The translations under genes and the position numbers were made by a program. The notes under the pieces were generated by a model. The model worked only from the letters and a program-made list of their open reading frames with translations. It searched no databases and had not been told where the DNA came from. Source: Bacteroidota bacterium (GTDB lineage Bacteria > Bacteroidota > Bacteroidia > Chitinophagales > Chitinophagaceae). Taken from it: DNA of 64,000 nucleotides. This document shows, piece by piece, positions 53,026 through 61,976 of the stretch (position 1 is its first letter; each line of letters opens with the position of its first letter). The stretch is from assembly GCA_030706685.1 (NCBI GenBank), contig JAUZOA010000018.1:1329-65328 (forward strand), read 5' to 3'.

Positions 53026-55590
53026 TCACCCTTCTTTTCTGAGGATCTCCAGCGGGGGCTTATTCAATATTTCCCTGCAATTCAACAGGCCAATGCCTAC
53101 AGTAAGTAAGGAAACTATTATGAATAATAAAAAGAGCGGGAATACTTCGGGTGAAAAAGAAGCTTCAAAACTAAATTTAGCTAATGCCCAGCTGCTTGCC
53201 AGGGAAAGAAACAGACCGGTTGCAGCGGCCAGGGCGCCGGTAAAAAAATATTCAATGGCCGTTATAGCCAATATCTGCTTCCGGCTGGCGCCAATGGTGC
53301 GAAGCAATACGCTTTCCTGGATGCGTGGATATTTACTGACCAGTACAGAAGAAATAAGTACCACCACACCTGTCAAAATACTGAAGGCCGCCATAAAACT
53401 AATCACCAATCCTATTTTCGCCAGGAGGTCTTCTACCACACCCAATATCAAACCCAGGTCAATGACTGAAATGTTCGGATAACTATGTACCACGGCCTGT
53501 TGAAAAGCAGCGGAAACATCCGGGGAAGGCACCCTTGTCATCATCACATGAAATTGCGGAGCATCTTCCAATACACCAACCGGAAAAACAACCCGGAAAT
53601 TTGTTTGTATCCTTCGCCATTCTACGCTGCGCAAACTACCCACGACTGCAGGTATGAGTGTTCCTTGCACGTTAAAAAGAATTTGATCACCCGGCTTTAC
53701 CCCGATCCGGCTGGCATACCTGCCTTCCAGTGAAATATATACCGGGTCGCCCGGCGAACCATGTTTTCCTATCCAGCGACCCGCCGTTAATTTTTCCGAA
53801 CTTGTCAGCGTATCACGATAAGTAACCCTTAATTCTGGCTCAAAAGCTCTGCGAGGAATCCGGTTAAGTGTATCCTGTTTATACTGCAGCGCATTTTTGC
53901 CATTTATTTCCTCAATGCGCATGGTGACAATAGGTACTTTCTCCAATACCGGTAAATGAAATTGTTTGGCAACACTTTCTACTCCTGCCTGCTGGTCCGT
54001 TTGGATATCAAACAGGATCATATTCGACTGATTTTTGCTGGTCGACATAGAGACCCGTTTCAGGAGAATTCCCTGGACCAGGTATAAAGTACTGATCAGC
54101 ATCACACCTAAACCAATAGTCGTGACGAGTATGATTGTTTGATTGTTGGGCCTGTACAAATTCGCAAAACCTTGTCTCCATATATAACTCCAGGAAGCAG
54201 GGAAAAAACGGCGAACCGTCCAGCGAAGAAGCCATGCTACGGCTGCTAATAACAGGAAAGCTCCCAGCACACTGCCGGCAAAAACAATGGCTTGTCTCCA
54301 ACTCTCCATTTGCCACCGGGTAAACAGGATAATAAAAAGCAGGATAGCAGCATACACTACCCACATCATTGGATCACGGAACCTGCGGGTTCGTTCAACA
54401 ACTATGCGCAAAGCGAAAGCCGGGGATATTTTTCGTATGGCAATCAAAGGCAACAGGGCAAAGAGTATGGATATGCTTACACCTAATAAGATACCCTGCC
54501 CCACAGCCCTCCAGGAAATAACCGTGCTCATTTCTACCGGGAAGAAATCTTTAACAACAGGAGGCAACAATTGCTGTATGAATACACCCAAAACCGAACC
54601 GAGGACAGCTCCTATCAACCCGATACCGGCAACCTGTATCAAATAAATCAAAAAAGCCTGGATAGAATTTACACCCAGGCATCGCAATATGGCAATGGAA
54701 TTTATTTTTTCACGTATATAAATATGGATGGAACTCGCCACGCCAATACAGCCCAACAATAATGCGATAAAACTGATCAATATTAAAAACCTTGTGAAAT
54801 CGTCGAATGAACGGCCAGTATTCTTTTTCCTCGTTGCCACCGTTTCATATTCCATGCCTTCTTTTTCCAGCCGGGGTTCAATGGCGGATACCAGCTTATC
54901 TATATCCGCGAGGGAATCCATTTTGAAATAATAATGGTATTCTATCCTGCTCCCTTTTTTATTTAGCTGCGTTTGTTCAAGGTATTGCAATGGAATATAT
55001 ACCGGTGGCGCGACAGTAGTAGAAATTTCAGTGCGGCCGGGCGATTTGTTGAGTATGCCTTTTATAGCAAATGTAACTTCGCCCACTTTTATCGAATCAC
55101 CTAACCGGGAATTGAATTGCAACATCAGTGTTTTGTCAACCAGCGCGTAAGGGCCCCTGCGAAATTCTGAAGCAGCCTTGAGAGGCTCCGTTTCCAATGT
55201 TCCATAAAAAGGATAATTACCCTGCAAGGCACGGACCTGGACAAGCCTTGTTTTCCCGCTTTTTACAAAATAAACCATGGAAGCAAAACTTCGCTCCTGC
55301 GCTTTTTGATCTCCTATTGAATCAAGTAAAGGTTGTATTTCCGCGCCGGAGGGCCGGTTATTTTGAATAACCAGGTCCGCGCCTACCAGGGTCCTGGCCT
55401 GGTTATCAATATCGCGTTGCAAATTATTTCCCAGTGAAAAAGTGGCTACCAGGGCGGCAATCCCGAGTACGATGGAGGCAATAAACAATACTAATCGTGA
55501 CCGGCTGCGACGACTATCGCGCCAGGCCATTTTAATAAGCCATATAAGATTTAAACGGTTGGAAAAGCTAGCTGTTTTGCTGTCCATCAA
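53026..55590 (-). CDS. ABC transporter permease, YbbP-like (FtsX family, ~10 TM)
   Basis: 854 aa with two FtsX bundles and a central extra TM region. It lies downstream of a YbbA-like ATPase and divergent from a TesA-like esterase, the arrangement I recall from E. coli tesA-ybbA-ybbP. Confidence 0.85.
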   Translation of the reverse strand: MMDSKTASFSNRLNLIWLIKMAWRDSRRSRSRLVLFIASIVLGIAALVATFSLGNNLQRDIDNQARTLVGADLVIQNNRPSGAEIQPLLDSIGDQKAQERSFASMVYFVKSGKTRLVQVRALQGNYPFYGTLETEPLKAASEFRRGPYALVDKTLMLQFNSRLGDSIKVGEVTFAIKGILNKSPGRTEISTTVAPPVYIPLQYLEQTQLNKKGSRIEYHYYFKMDSLADIDKLVSAIEPRLEKEGMEYETVATRKKNTGRSFDDFTRFLILISFIALLLGCIGVASSIHIYIREKINSIAILRCLGVNSIQAFLIYLIQVAGIGLIGAVLGSVLGVFIQQLLPPVVKDFFPVEMSTVISWRAVGQGILLGVSISILFALLPLIAIRKISPAFALRIVVERTRRFRDPMMWVVYAAILLFIILFTRWQMESWRQAIVFAGSVLGAFLLLAAVAWLLRWTVRRFFPASWSYIWRQGFANLYRPNNQTIILVTTIGLGVMLISTLYLVQGILLKRVSMSTSKNQSNMILFDIQTDQQAGVESVAKQFHLPVLEKVPIVTMRIEEINGKNALQYKQDTLNRIPRRAFEPELRVTYRDTLTSSEKLTAGRWIGKHGSPGDPVYISLEGRYASRIGVKPGDQILFNVQGTLIPAVVGSLRSVEWRRIQTNFRVVFPVGVLEDAPQFHVMMTRVPSPDVSAAFQQAVVHSYPNISVIDLGLILGVVEDLLAKIGLVISFMAAFSILTGVVVLISSVLVSKYPRIQESVLLRTIGASRKQILAITAIEYFFTGALAAATGLFLSLASSWALAKFSFEASFSPEVFPLFLLFIIVSLLTVGIGLLNCREILNKPPLEILRKEG

Positions 55591-55644
55591 AGGCCAGTTA
55601 ATATCAATTTATAATAACAAAGAGTCAAATAGTGTTTACAATAA

Positions 55645-56346
55645 CTAATTATTGGAGTCAGTCACCGGTGTTAAATCATCCGAAATCATACTTCCTCCTC
55701 TAAGTCTTATGATCCTGTGCGTATGGGATACCAGTTCCATATTGTGGGTGACAATGACCAGGGTGGTCCCTGCCTCCCTGTTAAGATCAAATAGCAGTTG
55801 AATGACCTGGTCACTTGTTTCCGCATCCAAATTCCCGGTAGGCTCATCCGCAAATAAAATAAGAGGTCTATTCGAAAATGCACGGGCCAGCGAAACACGT
55901 TGCTGTTCACCACCCGACAACTGCGACGGGTAATGATGGACGCGATCAGCCAAACCTACTTTCCCCAGCAAATCAATGGCCTGGGCACGAACATTCTTTT
56001 CCCTTCTCAATTCGAGTGGCACCATTACATTCTCCAACGCAGTGAGCGTAGGCAACAACTGGAAATTTTGAAAAATAAATCCGACATAGCGGTTTCTTAC
56101 CTGCGCACGCTGATCTTCTGTTAATTGGTCCAATCGAATCTTATTCAGTTCCACGGTACCTGTACTCGATTTGTCAAGACCGGCACATAAACCAAGCAAG
56201 GTCGTTTTCCCGCTGCCTGAAGGACCTACGATCGCCAGGGTGGAACCGGGTGATATTGAAAAATTAATATCATGAAGCACTGTAAGCACCCGGCCGGCAC
56301 TGGAATAGGATTTACTTAAATTTTGAATGTTGAGTATAGATTCCAC
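55645..56346 (-). CDS. ABC transporter ATP-binding protein, YbbA-like
   Basis: Walker A GPSGSGKTT, signature LSGGEQQRVSLARA, Walker [13 protein letters not shown]. Confidence 0.9.
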   Translation of the reverse strand: MESILNIQNLSKSYSSAGRVLTVLHDINFSISPGSTLAIVGPSGSGKTTLLGLCAGLDKSSTGTVELNKIRLDQLTEDQRAQVRNRYVGFIFQNFQLLPTLTALENVMVPLELRREKNVRAQAIDLLGKVGLADRVHHYPSQLSGGEQQRVSLARAFSNRPLILFADEPTGNLDAETSDQVIQLLFDLNREAGTTLVIVTHNMELVSHTHRIIRLRGGSMISDDLTPVTDSNN

Positions 56347-56512
56347 TAAGATGTTTAATAAGTAAGTTTGCCAATCATAAAAATACCGGTATCATTTATT
56401 CCTGAAGTAATTTAGGGGTTATTTCGGAACATTTCCGTTAACTGATTCTAAATTACTGAAACTAAGTCAAGCCATCATCGTGAATTGGTATCCGTTTACA
56501 AAAAACAAACGC

Positions 56513-57193
56513 ATGTCAGGAGTTGTCTCCTTGCATTGGTTTTATTTCCTGCTGCTTTTGACCAGTTGTAATAATAACCCGGTAACCCCCAATAAAGAGA
56601 ATTCGCAACCTGTTAAACCTGACACAAGGCCCGTTGAAAAGAAACTAAAAACCATTGTTTTTTTTGGCAATAGCCTCACAGCCGGGTATGGAATTGACGA
56701 GTCAGAAGCTTTTCCTGCTTTAATTCAAACCCGGATTGACTCCCTGAAACTTCCTTATAAAGTGATTAATGCAGGATTAAGTGGCGAGACTTCTGCCGGG
56801 GGCAAAAGCAGGATTGGCTGGCTTCTTCGTCAGCCTGTGGATATTTTCATCCTGGAATTAGGAGGCAATGACGGATTACGGGGCATTTCGGCATCGGAGA
56901 CTTCCAAAAACTTACAGTCAATTATTGATGAGGTAAAGACAAAATACCCGGATGTAAAGATTGTACTGGCAGGCATGAAAATCCCTCCAAGCATGGGAAA
57001 TACTTATGCCTCCGAATTTTCTGCTATTTACCCGAAATTGGCAAAGCAGAATAAAATATCGCTCATCCCTTTTATTCTTGAAGGTGTCGGCGGTGAATCA
57101 CAACTTAATCAGCGGGATGAGATCCATCCTACCGCCGCGGGGCATAAAATAATAGCCGAAAATGTGTGGAAAGTGTTAAGGGGATTATTATAA
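56513..57193 (+). CDS. SGNH/GDSL arylesterase-lysophospholipase, TesA-like lipoprotein
   Basis: The ATG at 56513 gives MSGVVSLHWFYFLLLLTSC (lipobox). Block I FFGNSLTAGYG, block III LELGGNDGL, block V DEIHPT. Confidence 0.85.
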   Translation: MSGVVSLHWFYFLLLLTSCNNNPVTPNKENSQPVKPDTRPVEKKLKTIVFFGNSLTAGYGIDESEAFPALIQTRIDSLKLPYKVINAGLSGETSAGGKSRIGWLLRQPVDIFILELGGNDGLRGISASETSKNLQSIIDEVKTKYPDVKIVLAGMKIPPSMGNTYASEFSAIYPKLAKQNKISLIPFILEGVGGESQLNQRDEIHPTAAGHKIIAENVWKVLRGLL

Positions 57194-57242
57194 AAGAAGA
57201 TAAATATCTGCACTGCATCGGCATTAATTTACCGCTTTTTGA

Positions 57243-57410
57243 AGTCTTCCATCTCATAACAACCTTTTCCGCCTTCTCTGTATATTTCTGACTACGGGAC
57301 AACTTTAATGACAGATGCAAAAAACGGTTATAAAGGGTGATAACAAGTGATATTACTAAAAGCTAACGGCATTCATAATAACAGCAAGGTGGGCAGCTTT
57401 TGCAAAGTTG
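57243..57410 (+). repeat. copy 2 (full length) of the three-copy intergenic repeat
   Basis: AGTCTTCCATCT ... CTACGGGACAACTTTAATGACAGATGCAAAAAACGG ... GCATTCATAATAACAGCAAGGTGGGCAGCTTTTGCAAAGTTG. It ends in a small hairpin (CAGCTTT/AAAGTTG). Confidence 0.8.
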
Positions 57411-57566
57411 GTCAATAGTCAAAGACATACGGGCGACCTTAGAAAAGTTAGTATTGTACTGAACATTGCCGATGGCAGGGGAACACTACGGTTAACGGAA
57501 TTGAACAATTTTTTGGGATAGCCAGAAGTGACCCATTTCATATGATGTACCCATTAAACAACCGGA

Positions 57567-60059
57567 TCATCCTTCGGGCATTGGCGGGTTGTTATCCTGT
57601 TTATCTTCCTTTTCTTTTTTAAATTCAAGCTTGCCAAATTTCCAGGTAACGTTAATCCCAATCGAGCGAAACGGCACCTGGCGCAGACCGTTGACAGTAA
57701 AATTCGGTCCGAATAACGTGGTTCGCTGGTTTACAAATTCTCCGAAAGGATTGATGGCAGTAAGAGCGATGCTGGCTTTTTTATTCCAGAACTGTTTTCG
57801 CAAAGCAAAACTGTAAGTGGTAAAAGACGGGTATCTGCCCTGTGCTTCATGCCGTGCAGAATTAAAATTTCCAAAAAACTCTCCCGCAAGATTTTTGCTG
57901 AACTGGTAACTGGCATTCATATTAAACCGGTAATTAAAACTGTTGGAATTATAACCGGGGTCAATTGCATTAATTGTGTGCCGTTGAAAAAAGAAAAGAT
58001 TGGAACGGAGGGTAAGACGGGAACCAAAATGCAGGTCAATAAAGAAACTCATGCCTTTGTTTCGTTCCATCCCTATATTTTGCCTTGTACTTACTGCCAC
58101 ATTAGTGTAGGTAGAATCCCCCACTTTCAACGAAGGATAAAAAACAATAAAGGGCTGTATATCGTGGTCATTGATCCGGTAGAATGCCGTGATCATGAAA
58201 GATCCGGCTTTGTCAAAATTACGGCTGTAGCTCAATTCATACCGGTGGCCAATTTCTGGTTGGAGATAAGGATTGCCCGCGGATATATTTTTAGGGTCGG
58301 TAGTATTAATAAACGGGTTCAGGTCTCCATAATCAGGCCGCTCAATACGTTTGGAATAACTCAGTTTCAGGGTTTGTTTATCATCCAGTTTTCGCGAAAA
58401 GAAAATCGAAGGTACAAAAGTATTATACCCATGGCCAGGCGCCTGCTGCTGCGCGTTGGAATAATAAGAACTGATCTCAGTACGTTCATACCTGCCCCCC
58501 ATCTTTGTATCAAATAGATGAGCCATCGGAAAACTGATCTCCGCATATAGGGCATATACTTGCTGCTTATAGTCGAGGTAATTGGATAAAGAAATATCGT
58601 TTATGTATTCTTTTGAAGCCGGTTGAAAGGCGAAAACGTTTGAATGGCTTATGATTTCACTGAAATTCGTTTTTCCTCCTACGCCAATTACAATATCTTT
58701 TTTCAATGGCTGGTTATAATCCACCTGGAATTCGGTCTCTTTTTCTTTTCCCGGGTTGGTGCTATTGATACCGTAAAAAACTGAATCCTGTGGCAGTAAG
58801 GACTGGTAATTATTTGCAGCGCCATGATTATTTCCGGTATAGGAATTGATGGCAATCTCCAGTTCCTGGTCTTCTTTTGCAAAAGTCCGTTTGTAATCCA
58901 GGCTTGCATCTATATTATTAAAAGAGGAATTATTGCCCGTATGATTGACAGAAGCTATGCTGGAAAGTATCGCTGTGTTGTTTGGCTCGCTTATCTCCTG
59001 CAACTGGTTCACCAGGCCATTCCCCGAATTACCAAAATCTCCAAAATGCACGGAACCCGTGAAATTATTTCTTTTCTTATAAGTCCAGTCAAAGCCAATG
59101 CCCGATTCTAATCCATGTCTTTTAAATTCATAGCTCCCGTTTTGTTGTAATGAAAGGTTCTTTAACCCTGCAGTATCAATGGACAGCCTGTCTGATGAGC
59201 TGGGCGTATTAGCTTTTAGTCTTGCATTGCCGCTAATAAAAGCATTAAATCCAATATTCCCCTTCCTTGCATTAAAATTGAAAGACCCGTTCTCATTTCT
59301 TGTTCCGGCCGTCAAGGACAAGTTTCCATTAATCCCCTTCACCTTACTTTGCTTCAGAATAATATTGATGATACCTCCTAAGCCCTGTGCATCATATTTG
59401 GCGCCGGGATTCGTAATCACTTCAATACTCTTTATCTCGCTGGCAGGAATAGATTGCAGCACATCGGCAATATTGCTGCCAAAGGCGGCAGAGGGTTTTC
59501 CGTTAATTAAAAACCGAATGCTGGTACTGCCTGCCAACTCAACATTTCCGTCGACATCAACCGATACCTGGGGAACTTTTTTCAGAATATCGGTCGCCAC
59601 ACCACCCTGGGAGGTAAGATCCTTTTCCGCATTAAAAACGACTTTATCAATTTTATTTTCGATTAACGTGTTGGAGGAAGTGACGGTAACGTTCTGTAAT
59701 GTTTTCTGGTTCGCTGATAAAAAAATATTTTTTAAATCAGCCAGCGAATTCTTTTTGCTTATGGTTACATCATTGATAGTCTTAGGCAGGTACCCGATAA
59801 ATTCCACGGTAATTTTGTAGACCCCGGGATCAATATTCTTTAGTATAAATTGTCCATCTTTGTCAGCGATTGTACCATTTACCACTTTTTTACTTCCCTG
59901 CAGGTACACCGTAATGGTGGCGTATTCAACTGGTTTTTGAGATAATGAATCTATGATCTTCCCGGTGATCTTCCCTTCAGTTCCGGGCTTATCTTTTTCC
60001 TGGGCTTCGCTCATGGTTCCTATCAATACCATTAACCCGATCAATATCACTCTTGCCAT
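57567..60059 (-). CDS. TonB-dependent receptor / outer-membrane beta-barrel family protein with CarboxypepD_reg N-terminus
   Basis: 830 aa with a signal peptide. CarboxypepD_reg-like domain (KITGKIIDSLSQKPVEYATITVYL ... DGQFILKNIDPGVYKITV), a plug-like region (IKSIEVITNPGAKYDAQGLGGIINIILK), and a long beta-rich barrel. Confidence 0.85.
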   Translation of the reverse strand: MARVILIGLMVLIGTMSEAQEKDKPGTEGKITGKIIDSLSQKPVEYATITVYLQGSKKVVNGTIADKDGQFILKNIDPGVYKITVEFIGYLPKTINDVTISKKNSLADLKNIFLSANQKTLQNVTVTSSNTLIENKIDKVVFNAEKDLTSQGGVATDILKKVPQVSVDVDGNVELAGSTSIRFLINGKPSAAFGSNIADVLQSIPASEIKSIEVITNPGAKYDAQGLGGIINIILKQSKVKGINGNLSLTAGTRNENGSFNFNARKGNIGFNAFISGNARLKANTPSSSDRLSIDTAGLKNLSLQQNGSYEFKRHGLESGIGFDWTYKKRNNFTGSVHFGDFGNSGNGLVNQLQEISEPNNTAILSSIASVNHTGNNSSFNNIDASLDYKRTFAKEDQELEIAINSYTGNNHGAANNYQSLLPQDSVFYGINSTNPGKEKETEFQVDYNQPLKKDIVIGVGGKTNFSEIISHSNVFAFQPASKEYINDISLSNYLDYKQQVYALYAEISFPMAHLFDTKMGGRYERTEISSYYSNAQQQAPGHGYNTFVPSIFFSRKLDDKQTLKLSYSKRIERPDYGDLNPFINTTDPKNISAGNPYLQPEIGHRYELSYSRNFDKAGSFMITAFYRINDHDIQPFIVFYPSLKVGDSTYTNVAVSTRQNIGMERNKGMSFFIDLHFGSRLTLRSNLFFFQRHTINAIDPGYNSNSFNYRFNMNASYQFSKNLAGEFFGNFNSARHEAQGRYPSFTTYSFALRKQFWNKKASIALTAINPFGEFVNQRTTLFGPNFTVNGLRQVPFRSIGINVTWKFGKLEFKKEKEDKQDNNPPMPEG

Positions 60060-60188
60060 TCCATTTAATTTAAAATTGCCGCAAAGTAAACTGAAATTCT
60101 GAATAGATTCTGACTTGCAGCGGTTGGACGACTATTTTTCAGTTTTCCTTCAGAATCTTTAACTTATTTTACAAAAAAGTTCGTGTAA

Positions 60189-60300
60189 ATGAAGATACTT
60201 GTTACCGAAGATGAAAAGAACTTAGTAAAAGCATCGTGGCTTACCTGGAAGAAGAGAGTTGTTTATGTGAAATAGCAGCCGATTTTAAAACAGCCACGGG
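60189..60300 (+). pseudogene. truncated, frameshifted N-terminal fragment of an OmpR-type response regulator
   Basis: ATG 60189 reads MKILVTEDEKNLVKA, then goes out of frame. Restoring one base gives IVAYLEEESCLCEIAADFKTA, a typical REC N-terminus. Homology ends where repeat copy 3 begins. Confidence 0.65.
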
Positions 60301-60333
60301 TTTGTATCCTGCCATTGCCTGGCAAACTTTCGA

Positions 60334-60472
60334 GCGTCCTCCCTATGTCTCCGATTACGGAGCAATTTTAATGACAAATACGAATAACGGGCATAAAAGA
60401 CTGTAGCAAGTTATAGTGCCAAAGGCTAATAACATTCATACTATCAGCAAGCTGGGCAGCTTTGCAAAGCTG
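60334..60472 (+). repeat. copy 3 of the three-copy intergenic repeat
   Basis: GCGTCCTCCCTATGTCTCCGATTACGGAGCAATTTTAATGACAAATACGAATAACGG ... ACATTCATACTATCAGCAAGCTGGGCAGCTTTGCAAAGCTG. It ends in the perfect palindrome CAGCTTTGCAAAGCTG. Confidence 0.8.
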
Positions 60473-60833
60473 TGACATATTACAATCTTTTCAAATCGTC
60501 ATTGGCGACATTGCTTGCATAGAGGAATGAAAATAAACCACTTGATTTCCATCATGGAGGAAGATTTTGAGGAATGAGGTATGTCGCCTATTTTAGTGTT
60601 GGTAGCAATGTTAGACGACAGCACAATCACCACAGTTTGTAAAGTCCGGTGGACTGTCCGCTGACGGACTTCTATCGGACTTTGACATAACTTGCAACGG
60701 TAGTGCTTCTATCAACATTTGGCGGGCGGACAGTCCTTCGCTGACTTTTAGAAAAAATATCACGGATAGACAACCGTTTAACATCACTGACAACACTTCA
60801 ACTAACACAACTTTGACAAAGCACAAATATTCT

Positions 60834-61214
60834 ATGGGGCTGTTCGACTTTTTAAAAAGACCAGAAAAACCAATTGACTTCTCTGACAAAAATGTTGAAG
60901 CGTTAACAAAATTATCTGACCAATTAGGTGATACATTTATCAAAGCAGGTTATGGTTTCGGTGTTGATTATCTTTCCCAAATCCGACTTGCTGCTGACAG
61001 ACACGACAACGAAGCGTTTAAAAAATTAGTTATCAGTAGAGAACTTTTTGGCGGTTCAGGAGCAATTTGGGAAATATGGTTTGAGAACAAACAACTTCGG
61101 ACACAGTTCAACAAACAGTTTTGCGAGTATGTTGACTTACTTAAGAAAATGGGTATTAGAAACAGACGAGTGAACCAAGTGAGAAGTTATTTTGACAGAT
61201 TTGAACACGACTAA
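60834..61214 (+). CDS. hypothetical protein (orphan, ~126 aa)
   Basis: ORF only. I prefer the ATG at 60834 (MGLFDFLKRPEK) to the TTG at 60813. I recognise no family. By eye it is more AT-rich than its neighbours. Confidence 0.5.
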   Translation: MGLFDFLKRPEKPIDFSDKNVEALTKLSDQLGDTFIKAGYGFGVDYLSQIRLAADRHDNEAFKKLVISRELFGGSGAIWEIWFENKQLRTQFNKQFCEYVDLLKKMGIRNRRVNQVRSYFDRFEHD

Positions 61215-61438
61215 CTCAAAACACTACTGGCAACAAACGGTCCTTTGGCGGCAGTCGGGGGGACTGATAACGCAACATCAGCTTCACCTATCTATCAACT
61301 GTAGTTCCAGCTTGACGTTATCTATTCAGCTATGAATTTTATCACCAACTTTTGTATTTTTACTCGGCTTCAGTTGTCGACTGACGTTTTCCAAATGCCC
61401 GACCGATCGCCAAGCCGAAACCGTTGTAGGCAATTATA

Positions 61439-61915
61439 ATGGACATTCTTTTCACCCGAAAATACAAATACACTATTCACGACTCTGTTGACAATGTCCG
61501 TGATGAAATTAAATCACTCATTGGCAGGCGTTGGTACGATTTTTCGACTAATATGATGGGGCGATTTAAGGATGACGATAGTTTTATAATGACCCATAAA
61601 TGGAGCCCTATTTACATTCAATGGATCGAGATAAGTCCAGCATATTTAACCGGGACACTTGCGTTTAGGGACAACAAAACGATAATTTATATATCGATCA
61701 GACCAAATTCATTTTTTGTATTGCTTTTTTATTTAATCGTTATACTTTTCGCTTGCGAACTTTTCGGACGCAGTATGTTTATCGGAGAGGCAAAGACTTT
61801 TGCTCTCATATTTTTTCCTGTGTTTAATTTAATATTATTTGGACTAATGCTACTATTTACATCGCTGTTAAGAAACAGGTTTGAAAAACTTCTTCGTTTA
61901 AAACACAACGAATAA
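61439..61915 (+). CDS. hypothetical membrane protein (158 aa, 2 C-terminal TMs)
   Basis: ORF with hydrophobic segments FFVLLFYLIVILFACELF and FALIFFPVFNLILFGLMLLF. I recognise no family. Confidence 0.5.
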   Translation: MDILFTRKYKYTIHDSVDNVRDEIKSLIGRRWYDFSTNMMGRFKDDDSFIMTHKWSPIYIQWIEISPAYLTGTLAFRDNKTIIYISIRPNSFFVLLFYLIVILFACELFGRSMFIGEAKTFALIFFPVFNLILFGLMLLFTSLLRNRFEKLLRLKHNE

Positions 61916-61976
61916 CTGCCTGCAACATGCTTTGAGGCCAGGCTGGCTGATGAACATATCCTTATGTTTAACCCCA

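Noticed and set aside
52979-53482. 167-aa plus-strand ORF starting inside repeat copy 1. Its counterparts are ATGCAAAAAACGG... in copy 2 and the 63-aa minus-strand ORF 57129-57320.
   Set aside because: The frame is not conserved among the three repeat copies: copy 2 stops after 11 codons and copy 3 lacks the ATG. The long version only exists because it runs antisense through the permease gene.
60590-61440. Integron-like cassette array (attC sites) around the two orphan ORFs
   Set aside because: 7-mers fitting GTTRRRY/RYYYAAC exist (GTTAGAC at 60610-60616, GTTTAAC at 60786-60792). They are in the wrong relative order for an attC and are expected by chance at this density. There is no integrase and no R''-L''/L'-R' symmetric structure of 60-140 nt.
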